A stretch of 64,000 nucleotides of DNA, taken from positions 4,928,001 through 4,992,000 of the forward strand of contig OZ244960.1 of assembly GCA_965222605.1 (NCBI GenBank), given 5' to 3'. A program made the translations under genes and the position numbers. Each line of letters begins with the position of its first letter. Positions within the stretch are counted from its first letter, which is position 1. Below are positions 9,717 to 19,800 of this stretch, one piece after another. This stretch comes from Candidatus Latescibacterota bacterium (GTDB lineage Bacteria; Latescibacterota; UBA2968). Under the pieces are notes generated by a model. The model saw only the letters and a program-made list of their open reading frames with translations. It was not told the origin of the DNA and did no database searches.

Positions 9717-10580
9717 ATGCATGTGGGTATGCGAATCCCGCCGATGGGTCGGGAAATGGGTTTGGAAGGCATTATTCAGTGGGCAGCAGAAAATGGTCTG
9801 GGGTCAATTGATTTACCCGAAGTAGATGCTGAAATTCGCAAGATGTGTGACGGTGCTGGGATTGGGATCGGCACTGTGGATTGGGGGGCAGGAGGTGGGT
9901 TGTTGAGCAAAGATGATGGTGCGCGCGAAGAAGCTGTGGCCGCGATGAAAGCGCGCATTCAAGCAGTTGGCGAATACGGTTCAGAGGTGATTTTTTTATG
10001 TCTGGCTCCCGACGATCGATTGCAGGCGCGGGCTGAAACATTTGAGGTGTTCAAGCAGGTCTATCCAGGGATTGTGAAAGAGGCAGAAGTGCATGAGGTT
10101 TTTCTCGCCATTGAACCCTGGCCTGGCCCGGCACCTGCATACCCGAATTTGGGTTGTACGCCCGAAACCTTGCGGGCGGTTTTTGAGGTTGTTCCGTCAC
10201 CCAATTTGGGTATGTGTTACGATCCATCGCATTTTGCGCGCATCGGCGTCGATTACAAGCGGGTGTTGATGGAGTTTGGCAGCCGAGTGCGGCATGTGCA
10301 TGCAAAGGATACCGAGTTGCTGGCGGATGGACTGTACGAGTTTGGCTGTTTGGGCCAATCGTTTGGTCAGCGCTACGGTTATGGCGAGGGGTGGTGGCGT
10401 TACTGCATTCCCGGATGGGGTGTGGTGGATTGGAAATGGGTGATTGCGCGCCTGGAAGAATTAGGCTATGATGGGCCGCTGGCCATTGAACTGGAAGACC
10501 ACCGCTACAGCGGCAGTGCCGAAAAGAATGCAGCGGGTATTTTGGCCGCGAAAAGCTATCTCGAAGATATTTTGGGATAA
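9717..10580 (+). CDS. Sugar phosphate isomerase/epimerase (xylose isomerase-like TIM barrel)
   Basis: AIEPWP; YDPSH; HVHAKD; PGWGVVDW; IELED. Confidence 0.9.
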   Translation: MHVGMRIPPMGREMGLEGIIQWAAENGLGSIDLPEVDAEIRKMCDGAGIGIGTVDWGAGGGLLSKDDGAREEAVAAMKARIQAVGEYGSEVIFLCLAPDDRLQARAETFEVFKQVYPGIVKEAEVHEVFLAIEPWPGPAPAYPNLGCTPETLRAVFEVVPSPNLGMCYDPSHFARIGVDYKRVLMEFGSRVRHVHAKDTELLADGLYEFGCLGQSFGQRYGYGEGWWRYCIPGWGVVDWKWVIARLEELGYDGPLAIELEDHRYSGSAEKNAAGILAAKSYLEDILG

Positions 10581-10621
10581 ATCGCTCGGTACCGTGGCGT
10601 TATCCCGATATCGAGCAAGGC

Positions 10622-10662
10622 AAAGCCCCCACAATTGATTTGTTGTGGGGGCTTTTTGTTTT
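10622..10662. terminator. Intrinsic terminator between convergent genes
   Basis: aaagcccccacaa-loop-ttgtgggggcttt followed by a T run. Confidence 0.85.
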
Positions 10663-10767
10663 TTGTTGCTCTAAAGATCTCTGGATTTTGGGATGAGGGA
10701 TTTAATCTGTGCTATCCTTTAATCCGCCTCATCCGCGTTTCAGAGCGTTTTCCACCATAGGCGATTT

Positions 10768-11643
10768 TTACCAACTGCGATATTGGTCGATATTCTCTTT
10801 GGCATCGGGCCACCATGTGGGTTGGGCAGGCTGGTCTTGTGGGTTCCATGCGCCGATGAGTTGTGGACCTGTGGCTGTGATCACGAAATACCAGTAATTG
10901 CTATAGATACAGCCCGATGGACAATCTCCCCAAGCATATCGAAATAAGTACGTCAAACCGCTCGGTGTGGACCGCGGATAAATATTTGGCGAATCACCAA
11001 CGTAACCATCGGGTTCGGCATATTGCACACCGGGCAGGTCGGCATAGAGGGTTGCCAAACGCCGGGGATGGCGTATGCCTTCAAAGGAGAGCGCCACGAA
11101 CGAGAAATGTATTTTTTTATCCAACAACTGGTATTTCAGATTCAAGGCATCCCAGGCGCGATAACTGCCTTCTCTTATCATTAGGTTAGTAGTCGTATCA
11201 ACGCGAATAATAATGCGACCTGGTACCCAGGGCGGACGGTATAAAAGCGAGTTGATTGCAGCATCTATGTTCCCGTATTGTGCTCGGATCTGCGCGAGAT
11301 GCGCTTCTATCTCGCGTGCGAGGGCTTGCGGGGGTTGGATCTCGCCTGAAAGGGATAGGGCCATCAATCGCGCCTCCTCCGAGGCTGGTGGTTGAATCGT
11401 TTTCCCAAAGTTTGCGACGAAAAGCGAAAAATCTTCAAAATCGACGATGCCGTTGTTGCTGAGGTCGAAAATATCGAGATCAGCAGATACCTCGGAACCA
11501 AACGCACCTGCAAAAAGGATGAAGTCAGCGAAATCGACAGTTCCGTTATCATTAAAGTCCGGACTCTTTGTTTGTGCATCTGTCAGACTTGGAATTATTA
11601 CAAGCGACAGATAGCTCGCAATGAGAACGACGTGCTTTGCCAT
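10768..11643 (-). CDS. Secreted protein with EF-hand/dockerin-like repeats and an uncharacterised C-terminal domain
   Basis: Signal peptide; DFNDNGTVDFADF and DLSNNGIVDFEDF; C-terminal WGDCPSGC. Confidence 0.75.
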   Translation of the reverse strand: MAKHVVLIASYLSLVIIPSLTDAQTKSPDFNDNGTVDFADFILFAGAFGSEVSADLDIFDLSNNGIVDFEDFSLFVANFGKTIQPPASEEARLMALSLSGEIQPPQALAREIEAHLAQIRAQYGNIDAAINSLLYRPPWVPGRIIIRVDTTTNLMIREGSYRAWDALNLKYQLLDKKIHFSFVALSFEGIRHPRRLATLYADLPGVQYAEPDGYVGDSPNIYPRSTPSGLTYLFRYAWGDCPSGCIYSNYWYFVITATGPQLIGAWNPQDQPAQPTWWPDAKENIDQYRSW

Positions 11644-11675
11644 ATTTCAACCTCCTAGCTGTCAGTGGTTAGTGG

Positions 11676-12611
11676 TCAACTCCCGCGCAACTCACCAGTC
11701 CTTGTCTCCAGCCTCTCTAAATTTAGCCCGATAAGGGCGCGTTTCATTGTTGCGCCCATTTCAGCGGGGCTTTCGCACACGTGAATGCCCGCATCCTGAA
11801 GTGCGGCCATTTTGTCGGCCGCGGTGCCCTGTCCGCCAGAGATAATTGCGCCCGCATGCCCCATGCGTCGGCCCGGGGGCGCTGTTTGGCCCGCGATAAA
11901 ACTGACCACGGGTTTGTCAAAGTGCACTTTGACATAAGCGGCGGCTTCTTCTTCAGCGGTGCCGCCTATTTCTCCGATCATGATGACGGCGTCTGTATCG
12001 GGATCGTCCTTGAAGAGCGCGAGGCAATCTGTAAAGGTTGTGCCGATGATGGGATCGCCACCAATGCCCACACAAGACGATTGGCCAAAACCACTATCGG
12101 TGAGTTGTGAGACTGCTTCATAGGTGAGTGTACCGCTGCGCGAAATGACGCCAATGCGACCTTCGCGGTGAATAGCGCCTGGCATAATGCCGATTTTGCA
12201 CTTGCCCGGAGAAATCAGGCCCGGACAATTGGGGCCGATCAAGCGCGTGTTTTTATCTCCCAGATAGTGTTTGGCTTTTAGCATGTCGAGGACGGGGATA
12301 TTCTCGGAGATGCAAACGATCAGGGGCAGATCCGCATCGGCTGCTTCCATGATGGTGTCGGCTGCAAAGGGCGCGGGAACAAAATTGGCCGATGCCGTGG
12401 CTCCTGTTTGTTCCACGGCATCGGATACGGTGTCAAAAACCGGTATGCCATCAACGCTCTCGCCACCTTTGCCCGCGTTGACCACGCCGACGACTTGAGT
12501 GCCGTATTCGACCATTTGCTGCAGATGAAATCGCGCTTCGCCACCCATTGCTCTGCTGCTGGAAAAGCTCTGGACGATTACGCGGGTGTTGTTGTCAATG
12601 AGGATGCTCAT
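11676..12611 (-). CDS. sucD: Succinyl-CoA synthetase alpha subunit
   Basis: IGPNCPG; SRSGTLTYE; GIGGD; RMGHAGAI phospho-His motif. Confidence 0.95.
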   Translation of the reverse strand: MSILIDNNTRVIVQSFSSSRAMGGEARFHLQQMVEYGTQVVGVVNAGKGGESVDGIPVFDTVSDAVEQTGATASANFVPAPFAADTIMEAADADLPLIVCISENIPVLDMLKAKHYLGDKNTRLIGPNCPGLISPGKCKIGIMPGAIHREGRIGVISRSGTLTYEAVSQLTDSGFGQSSCVGIGGDPIIGTTFTDCLALFKDDPDTDAVIMIGEIGGTAEEEAAAYVKVHFDKPVVSFIAGQTAPPGRRMGHAGAIISGGQGTAADKMAALQDAGIHVCESPAEMGATMKRALIGLNLERLETRTGELRGS

Positions 12612-12773
12612 GAAACTTGTTCCTTGTGATTGAAATACAAATCAACGAAATATATTGGGATTTAGTGCCTTCTTTTTGAATGCGTGAAAAAAAAGAAAGT
12701 TGCATGTCTTTTATGAATCTGTATTTAAGGCATTAAACAACTGGCAGGGCTACTTGTTCCCATCAACGAATCA

Positions 12774-12902
12774 ACGGAGTGGTGTACAATTGGCCGCCTC
12801 ACAGGCCAGTTCATCAACGACGGAACTCGTAGTGATTTTGGGTGGAGGGCGGGGTTCGTCTATGAACGGGGCTGGGAATCGCCCCGTTGTACACCGCTCC
12901 GT
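12774..12902 (+). repeat. ~130-bp inverted-repeat-bounded multi-hairpin element (MITE/REP-like or structured RNA)
   Basis: Arms acggagtggtgtacaa and ttgtacaccgctccgt (15/16 match) enclose three internal stems; the arm core recurs at 45608 and 60999. Confidence 0.65.
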
Positions 12903-13589
12903 CTATTCGCGCTTCTTTGTTCGTTCTTCGATTGTGCCATCTGTTTTGCCGATGATGATGTGATCTGTCAGTCCAATAAAAAGGCCACATTCGACGACGC
13001 CGCACAAGGCGTTAATTTTTTTTTCGAGTGTGGGTGGGTCGTCAATGCGACCAAAGTCGCAATCGATGATGTAATTGCCGTTGTCTGTGACAAAAGGCGT
13101 ATTGTCCTGTGTGTTGCGAAGTGTGGGGTGACAGCCCAGGTCTGCGAGCTGGCGTTGTATGGCTTGCCAGCCAAATGGGATGACCTCAACGGGCAGGGGA
13201 AAAGCCCCCAGGTGCGCCACCGGTTTGGATTCGTCGGCGACGATGATTTCCCTGTCGGATAGTGACGCGACGATTTTTTCTCGCAAAAGCGCGCCACCAC
13301 CGCCTTTTATGAGGTTAAAGTACGGGTCAAATTCATCTGCGCCGTCAATGGTTAAGTCTATGCGGGTGACTTTGCCGAAGTCGATGAGGGGAATATTTTC
13401 CGATTCCGCCTGAATGCGCGATTGCTCTGAGGTGGGTATGCCACATATATCGAGTCCTTCAGTGATGCGCTGGCCGAGTTTTTGGATGGCAAAAAAAGCC
13501 GTTGATCCCGTGCCCAGACCGACGACCATGCCATCTTCGACATATGCCGCAGCCCGTTCTCCTGCCAATTTTTTAGGGTGAATTGTCAT
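12903..13589 (-). CDS. rpiA: Ribose-5-phosphate isomerase A
   Basis: GLGTGST; DGADE; KGGGGALLREK; TDNGN. Confidence 0.97.
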   Translation of the reverse strand: MTIHPKKLAGERAAAYVEDGMVVGLGTGSTAFFAIQKLGQRITEGLDICGIPTSEQSRIQAESENIPLIDFGKVTRIDLTIDGADEFDPYFNLIKGGGGALLREKIVASLSDREIIVADESKPVAHLGAFPLPVEVIPFGWQAIQRQLADLGCHPTLRNTQDNTPFVTDNGNYIIDCDFGRIDDPPTLEKKINALCGVVECGLFIGLTDHIIIGKTDGTIEERTKKRE

Positions 13590-13720
13590 GGCTCTCCCAT
13601 TTCGAATGATGAAAACAAGCGAAAAGATAAATGTAAGATAATGATTTGGCAACGATTTTGAACCATACAGGCACGGTATTTTTTTATTTATTTTTTTTAA
13701 AAATTGTCATACTCTATTAA

Positions 13721-15427
13721 CCCGACTAATTCATGAACTGTAATGGTTGGGGTTGTTTGTCAGGCGGCATCGGTTCCAAGCATCAAAATGAGGGTGCTTT
13801 CTATCTTGTCTGCCGTCATAGGCGTCTTCATAGAGTTCAAGCAGCCCAAATCGTCCCCTGACAGGCTCTGCCAGTGTCAAAAGTACAGACCGGTCCCTTG
13901 CCAGTCCTGTCTGTGGATAAGTCCGTGTATTTGTAAAGTCAGCAAGTGATGGGACAGACCCCTATTCCTTCCCCGTTGATGGGTTATGGCACCGCCTTTG
14001 CCAGATTGCACAGGATTTTATCAAAAAGGTGTGGCAATGGAAATGACATAGGCAGATGGAAGGTGATCTTTGTTTTCAACTCACAGACGCGTCCGGCGAC
14101 TTTAAGGAAACGATTTTGGAGGGTATTGACCTGTGCGTTTATCCACGTTGTGCCTTGTAATCCGATGTGCGCTAAGGTGTGCAACAAGACATAGGCAGCC
14201 GAATGGAGGAAGAGGCGGAACTGATTGGCTCCAAAAGCGTGACAGGACGTGCGGTCTGAGTGGAGAAAGGTTTTGTGATTTTTAATGAAGTTTTCCATCT
14301 GTCCGCGCGCACAATAGATATTTTGGTAGATAAAGGAGGCCCTTGAACTTTCAAGGTTGGTCACGACAAAGCGTGTGTTTTGGCCTCGGGTGGTGATTTC
14401 AGCTTTGCATAAGATGCGTCTGGCACAGGCCCAAGTCTGGGCTTGGTAATAAAATGAGGTAAAAAGTCGCACGGGCTTGCCGGTTTGTGCATAAAGGCTT
14501 TTGGTCTGATCCATCAGGGGCTTTGAAAGGGCTAAGAGTCGGGTATTGGCACTTTGTCCGAGGATAAAAAAGAGGTCCTTTGTCGCACAAAAGTCCTGGA
14601 CTTCTGGACTTGAGAAGTGGGCATCGCCTCGCAAAAAGAGTGCCACCTTTGGCCAAGCCTGACGAATATAAGCGACTAACCGCTTGAGAATGGTGACAAT
14701 CTGTTTGCCATCAGGACGCACACCCGGACGTAAAATCGTCGTGATTAGCTTGCCCGATTGCCCTTCATAAATATGCAAAGGCTGGTAGGAGTAGGCACCC
14801 AAATACCCATTGAATAAGGACAACTGCTGCGTCCCATAAACCCTATCCTGCGTATCATCAATATCTAAGATGATCGACGAAGGCGGCTTTTTATACGAAG
14901 CAATAAAACAATCGACAAAGGCACGAGCAACGCGATACAAATCGCTTCTGCTCATCTGATTCTCAAACCGACTCATCGTGGGTTGACTGGCCAAGTTCTC
15001 ACCACTTATGGGCAAGCGATCACAGGCAACCTTGAAGCCGGGATCGCTGCGTAAGGCATTGCAATCATTGGCATCTTCATACCCACAGGCAATTTGAAAC
15101 ACGCGCTGTTTGATCAACTCTGCCGTGCTATGCGCCACATAACTTTGATGCCGATGGTCTTTAATCGCGCGACTCAAACGTGATAAAATACCCGTTTTGG
15201 CCTCCACTTCTCGAAGCAATAAGGCTCCGCTATCGCTGGTGAGAATACCCCCATCAAAGGCGAGGTTGAGACGTTTGCCGAAAATGCTTGCCAAAGGAAC
15301 CTTGCAATGATTATCTTGTGTGCTCACGGTAGTTTCTCCCAAGTTCATTGTTCAATGGTTATGCGTATAACCTAATATAATACAATAACTTGAATAGGGA
15401 AACTACCTTTTTTATGAATTTTTCGGG
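13721..15427 (-). mobile_element. IS1380 family insertion sequence (1707 bp)
   Basis: Imperfect terminal IRs CCCGActAATTCATgAA / CCCGAaaAATTCATaAA; flanks ttaa and ctaa; encloses the transposase. Confidence 0.85.
13984..15348 (-). CDS. IS1380 family DDE transposase
   Basis: FDGG.LTSDSG; GYEDANDC; LASQPTMSRFEN; LDIDDT; RGDAHF; YCARGQMENFIK. Confidence 0.95.
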   Translation of the reverse strand: MNLGETTVSTQDNHCKVPLASIFGKRLNLAFDGGILTSDSGALLLREVEAKTGILSRLSRAIKDHRHQSYVAHSTAELIKQRVFQIACGYEDANDCNALRSDPGFKVACDRLPISGENLASQPTMSRFENQMSRSDLYRVARAFVDCFIASYKKPPSSIILDIDDTQDRVYGTQQLSLFNGYLGAYSYQPLHIYEGQSGKLITTILRPGVRPDGKQIVTILKRLVAYIRQAWPKVALFLRGDAHFSSPEVQDFCATKDLFFILGQSANTRLLALSKPLMDQTKSLYAQTGKPVRLFTSFYYQAQTWACARRILCKAEITTRGQNTRFVVTNLESSRASFIYQNIYCARGQMENFIKNHKTFLHSDRTSCHAFGANQFRLFLHSAAYVLLHTLAHIGLQGTTWINAQVNTLQNRFLKVAGRVCELKTKITFHLPMSFPLPHLFDKILCNLAKAVP

Positions 15428-15468
15428 CTAAATAGATAGGGCAAATATGATTAAATTCGGAGAAAAAT

Positions 15469-16305
15469 ATGGCTTATCGCACACTGGAAGATTTTTTTGG
15501 TGATATTGTGGGGAAAGCGCGTCGGGGACAGGGGATTTCGGAATCGGAGTTGGCGCGGCAGGTGGGGCTGAGTGTCCGACAAATTGGACAAATAGAATCG
15601 TACGAGTTGACACCCGATGATCAGGCCATTTATCGACTTGCAGACGCGCTGCATCTCGATGGCGAAAAACTGGTGGAAGTAGCGCATGGATGGGTGCCAC
15701 TACAGGGCAATGCGGTGTTTGAAGACGAGGCCATGCGGGTTGACCGATTGATTCTCGATGCGGGCATGACGGTGAATTGTTATGTGCTTATATGCAAGGC
15801 ATCGGGCGAAGGAGCTGTGATTGATCCCGGCGGGCAGGCGCAGTTGATTTTGGATGCGATTGCCGATATACAGGTCACGCACATTTTGCTCACACATGGA
15901 CACGGCGATCACGTTGGGGCACTCGAAGTAGTTGCCGATGCGACACAGGCGCAGGTATGCGGTTGCGAGCGCGATTTTGCGTTGATGGGCGGGCGCAGCC
16001 AGCGGGTGACTGAACGCGTGGATGAGGGGTGGCAAACAGCGATTGGTGAACTCGGTATTGATACAGTGAGTTTGCCAGGACACACGGGGGGTGGCATTGG
16101 GTATTATACTGCACCCGTGTTTTTTTCGGGCGATGCGCTATTTGCGGGTTCTTTGGGAGGGGCAAGGGGAGATGCCTACCGCGGGCAAATTCAGGCCGTG
16201 CGTACGAAGGTGCTTTCTCTGCCAGAGGAGACGACCATTTTTCCCGGTCATGGTCCGATTACGTCTGTAGCACAGGAGTTGGCGCATAATCCCTATTTTG
16301 TTTGA
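15469..16305 (+). CDS. XRE-type HTH fused to MBL-fold metallo-hydrolase
   Basis: N-terminal HTH (SESELARQVGLSVRQIGQIE); THGHGDH; PGHT; GDALF; PGHG. Confidence 0.88.
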   Translation: MAYRTLEDFFGDIVGKARRGQGISESELARQVGLSVRQIGQIESYELTPDDQAIYRLADALHLDGEKLVEVAHGWVPLQGNAVFEDEAMRVDRLILDAGMTVNCYVLICKASGEGAVIDPGGQAQLILDAIADIQVTHILLTHGHGDHVGALEVVADATQAQVCGCERDFALMGGRSQRVTERVDEGWQTAIGELGIDTVSLPGHTGGGIGYYTAPVFFSGDALFAGSLGGARGDAYRGQIQAVRTKVLSLPEETTIFPGHGPITSVAQELAHNPYFV

Positions 16306-16335
16306 GATGGGTCCCTGTGCTGAGATCCAGGGTTT

Positions 16336-16533
16336 TTATTTTTTATTGGATGCCTGGGTTTCAACCCATTGTCCAATGGCCTGTCGTATGGATTCGACTG
16401 CGGCTTTTTTGCGCTCAAGACGATCAATATGCGTACGTAGTTGATCGATTTGTGCGTTGAGGTCTTGGAGTTCTCCATTTGCTGCTTCAAGTGCTTGTTG
16501 ATACAGAGGTTCGCTATGGGTCGGTTCTGCCAT
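16336..16533 (-). CDS. Small coiled-coil hypothetical protein
   Basis: AAGGAG RBS, ATG start, heptad pattern. Confidence 0.65.
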   Translation of the reverse strand: MAEPTHSEPLYQQALEAANGELQDLNAQIDQLRTHIDRLERKKAAVESIRQAIGQWVETQASNKK

Positions 16534-16883
16534 GAATTAGGCTCCTTGTAGTAAAAAATGAAATATGCGATCCATCTAAACATAACCTGTGCGGCCTTGC
16601 GCCGTCAAGCGCGAAAAAGTCCGCTCGCAGTTGATTCGACAAAGTGGTGTATATATTTTTTCAAGCCTGTTACAATTTATTACAATTTTCATGGGAACGA
16701 AGTGGCCCAGCCGGTTGTTTAATGCTATAAGTTACAGATTCTTAGAGATATGCAACTTTCTTTTTATTCACGCATTAAAAAAGAAGATAGTAAATTCCAA
16801 TGCATAGCAAGAGTTAGGTGTATGTCAACACTTGTCTCACAAGGATATTTCTCACTGTTGATTTCGTTGCAAAGGAGCTAAAC

Positions 16884-19800
16884 ATGGCTCGGTGGTGTTT
16901 TTTTACGCGAAGCGCAATATTCGTCCTCATTTTGGGGGTTTCAACTTCTGCTTTCGGGCAGGAATATTTTGGCAAAAACAAGGTCAATTACAGCCAATAT
17001 GGGTGGCATTATATCGATAGTGAACACTTCACGATTTATTTTGATAAGGGTTCGCTGGGCCTGGCAGAGTTTGTTGCCAAAGAAGCCGAAAGGTCTTTGG
17101 TACACATTGAGAAAACCCTGAAATATACGCTGAAGGATCGCTATCCTATTGTTATTTACAATTCTCACAATGGGTTTTCGGTGTCCAATATTTCCAGCAT
17201 GGAACAGTCTGAGTTTACGGGTGGGTTTACCGAGTTTGCACAGGGGCGCGTGGTGATTCCATTTACGGGGTCTTATGGCGATTTGCAACATGTTATTCAC
17301 CATGAACTGGTTCACGCGGTTACAATTGAGTTGTGGACCGGTGGTGGCTGGTTGGGGTCTCTGGTTTCGCAAACATCGACATTGCCTCCCTTGTGGATTG
17401 CCGAGGGTATCGCCGAGTACGTGTCTCGATATGGCTGGCACAAAGAGCACGATAATTTTATGCGCGATGCAACCATTACCGGATATGTGCCGACTATCGA
17501 AATGATGTCCCTGAGTTATTTTGCCTATCCCGGGGGCAATTCGGTTTTTTATATGATTGAACAGGAATACGGGAAGGATAAGGTGGCGTCCTTTATCTCT
17601 TCTTTCCGCACGGCCAAAAATCCCGATAAAGCACTCAAAGCATCTCTGGGATTTGGGATGAAGGAATTGGAAGAAAAATATCAATTGTGGCTCAAGCGGC
17701 AATACTGGAATGAGATTAATTTGCGCCATACGCCCAAAGAGATGGCAACAAATTTGACGGAGCGTGAAGATAGGCGTTCGTCGTATAATTTAGCTGCTGC
17801 GTTGTCCCCACAAGGCGACAAGGTCGCGTATTTGACCGACCGAAATGGGACGTTTGATATTTATTTGATGTCGGCGATTGACGGCAAAGACCTGGGGCGT
17901 TTGGTCGAGGGACAAAAGTCGTCTGATTTTGAGTCGATGTTTGTTTTGCGGCCCGGATTTACCTGGTCCCCGGATGGCCGGCATATTGCATTCGCCGCCA
18001 AATCAAATAATAAGAATACCCTGTATATCCTCGATGTTAAAAAGAAGCAGATTCGCAAGCGATTTAAGTTTGACCTTGACGGGCTGTTCGAACCCACCTG
18101 GTCGCCCGATGGGAAAAAAATTGCCATCGCGGGTATTAAAGATGGCTGGTCCGATATCTATGTGGTCGATTTGAACGACGAGTCGCTTACGCGGCTTACA
18201 AGTGATCCCTATGACGAACGGCATCTGGATTGGTCGCCCGATGGTACGTGGATCGCCGTGAGTTCTGATCGTCCCGATATCCATTTGAAGTTCAGCGGCG
18301 GGAAGGATTTTGCTTTTGGTCAGTACGATATTTTCCTTGTGCGTGCAGATGGTTCTGAGATGCGCCGCATAGTCGCGTCTGAAGACGCAGAAGATTCGCA
18401 TCCCGTGTGGGGGGGCGATAGCAAACACGTCGCCTTTGTTTCCGACCGCACGGGTGTAGGCAATATCTATATTGCAAATGTTGATAGTACGCAGGAGATA
18501 TATCCCATTACTAATTTGCTATCGGGGGCGCAATATCTCGATTGGTCAGCCGATGGCAAAAAGATCGTGTTCAATGCGTTTCACAAGGGTGCCCTGGATA
18601 TATTTGTGATGCGCGACCCACTCGCACAGCGAAAAGAAATGGCGGATTTGCCGCGTACCCGGTTTGTCAAGCGCCTTGCCGGCGAAGATGAAAAGATGTT
18701 TGTCGAGTTGCAAAAGGAAAAATATGAGAGCCGCAAGATAGCCAAAGTAGAAGCCGACAGCACCGCGGTCGATTCGACAGCAGAAAAAACAGAGAAGAAA
18801 GTGGCGCTGTGGATTTCCGATCAGGAAGCACTTGCAGCAGCAGAGAGTGCGCCAGCCGATAGCACGGCTAAGATCGACACCACACATCCGGTCGCAGGCA
18901 GTCCAGAAATGGCCGATACAGGTAAACAAGGGGTGAAAAACTGGGGTGAAAAGGAATTTCTGGTTAAGAAGTACAAGCTAAAATTCAAGCCCGAACTGTT
19001 TGGTGCCCAGGCGGGATTTGATACGTTCTATGGTGTGAGCAGCTCTATCGTATTGTCTATGAGTGATGTGATGGGCGATCACCGCGCCACATTGGTGACG
19101 AGTCTGAATTTTTCGCTTAAAGACAGCGATTTTCTGCTCGCTTATGCTTATTTGAAGAATCGCACAAATTACGGTGCGCAACTTTTCCACACGCGGTTCT
19201 TCTTTTTTGATAATACAGGTCGTTTGACTGCGGATCGATATTACGGGCTTGCCGGGATGCTCGAGCGACCGTTTAATCGGTTTGCCCGTTTAGAGCTCAG
19301 TACGCGTTTTGTATCTGTTGATCGCGAGGAGTTGTTTACCGATATCAACAATAATTATTTGTACCAGCCGGGCTTTCGCGGCGTTGGGCGGTTTACGGGC
19401 GAATTGATCAGCCGCCGTCGGGCGGCTATCGGCGAGGTGGCTCTGGTGGGCGATAGCGCGCTGTACAGTTTGTTTGGCGCGGTAGATGGGCATCGCTATC
19501 GGTTGAATTTTGAAGGCTCTGGCGTGGGCATGAAATTTGCTACATTTACACTGGATTATCGCAAATATATGCGGTTGTTAAACGAATATACCTTTGCCAT
19601 CCGGATGTCGGGCGGGACGAGTTACGGCCACAACAGCACTATGTTTTTTCTGGGCGGTGTGAACAATCCAGTCAATCCGACATTTTCAACCATTGCCAGT
19701 GTTGATCAGAGTCGCGTGTTTTTCTCCTCTTATGTCTGGCCCCTGCGCGGCGCGAGATTGCTCGAAATGGCGGGTGATTCTTATGTGCTGGCCAATGTCG

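Noticed and set aside
13717-15431. Exact target-site duplication for IS1380
   Set aside because: Flanks are ttaa and ctaa, only 3 of 4 identical, so not claimed
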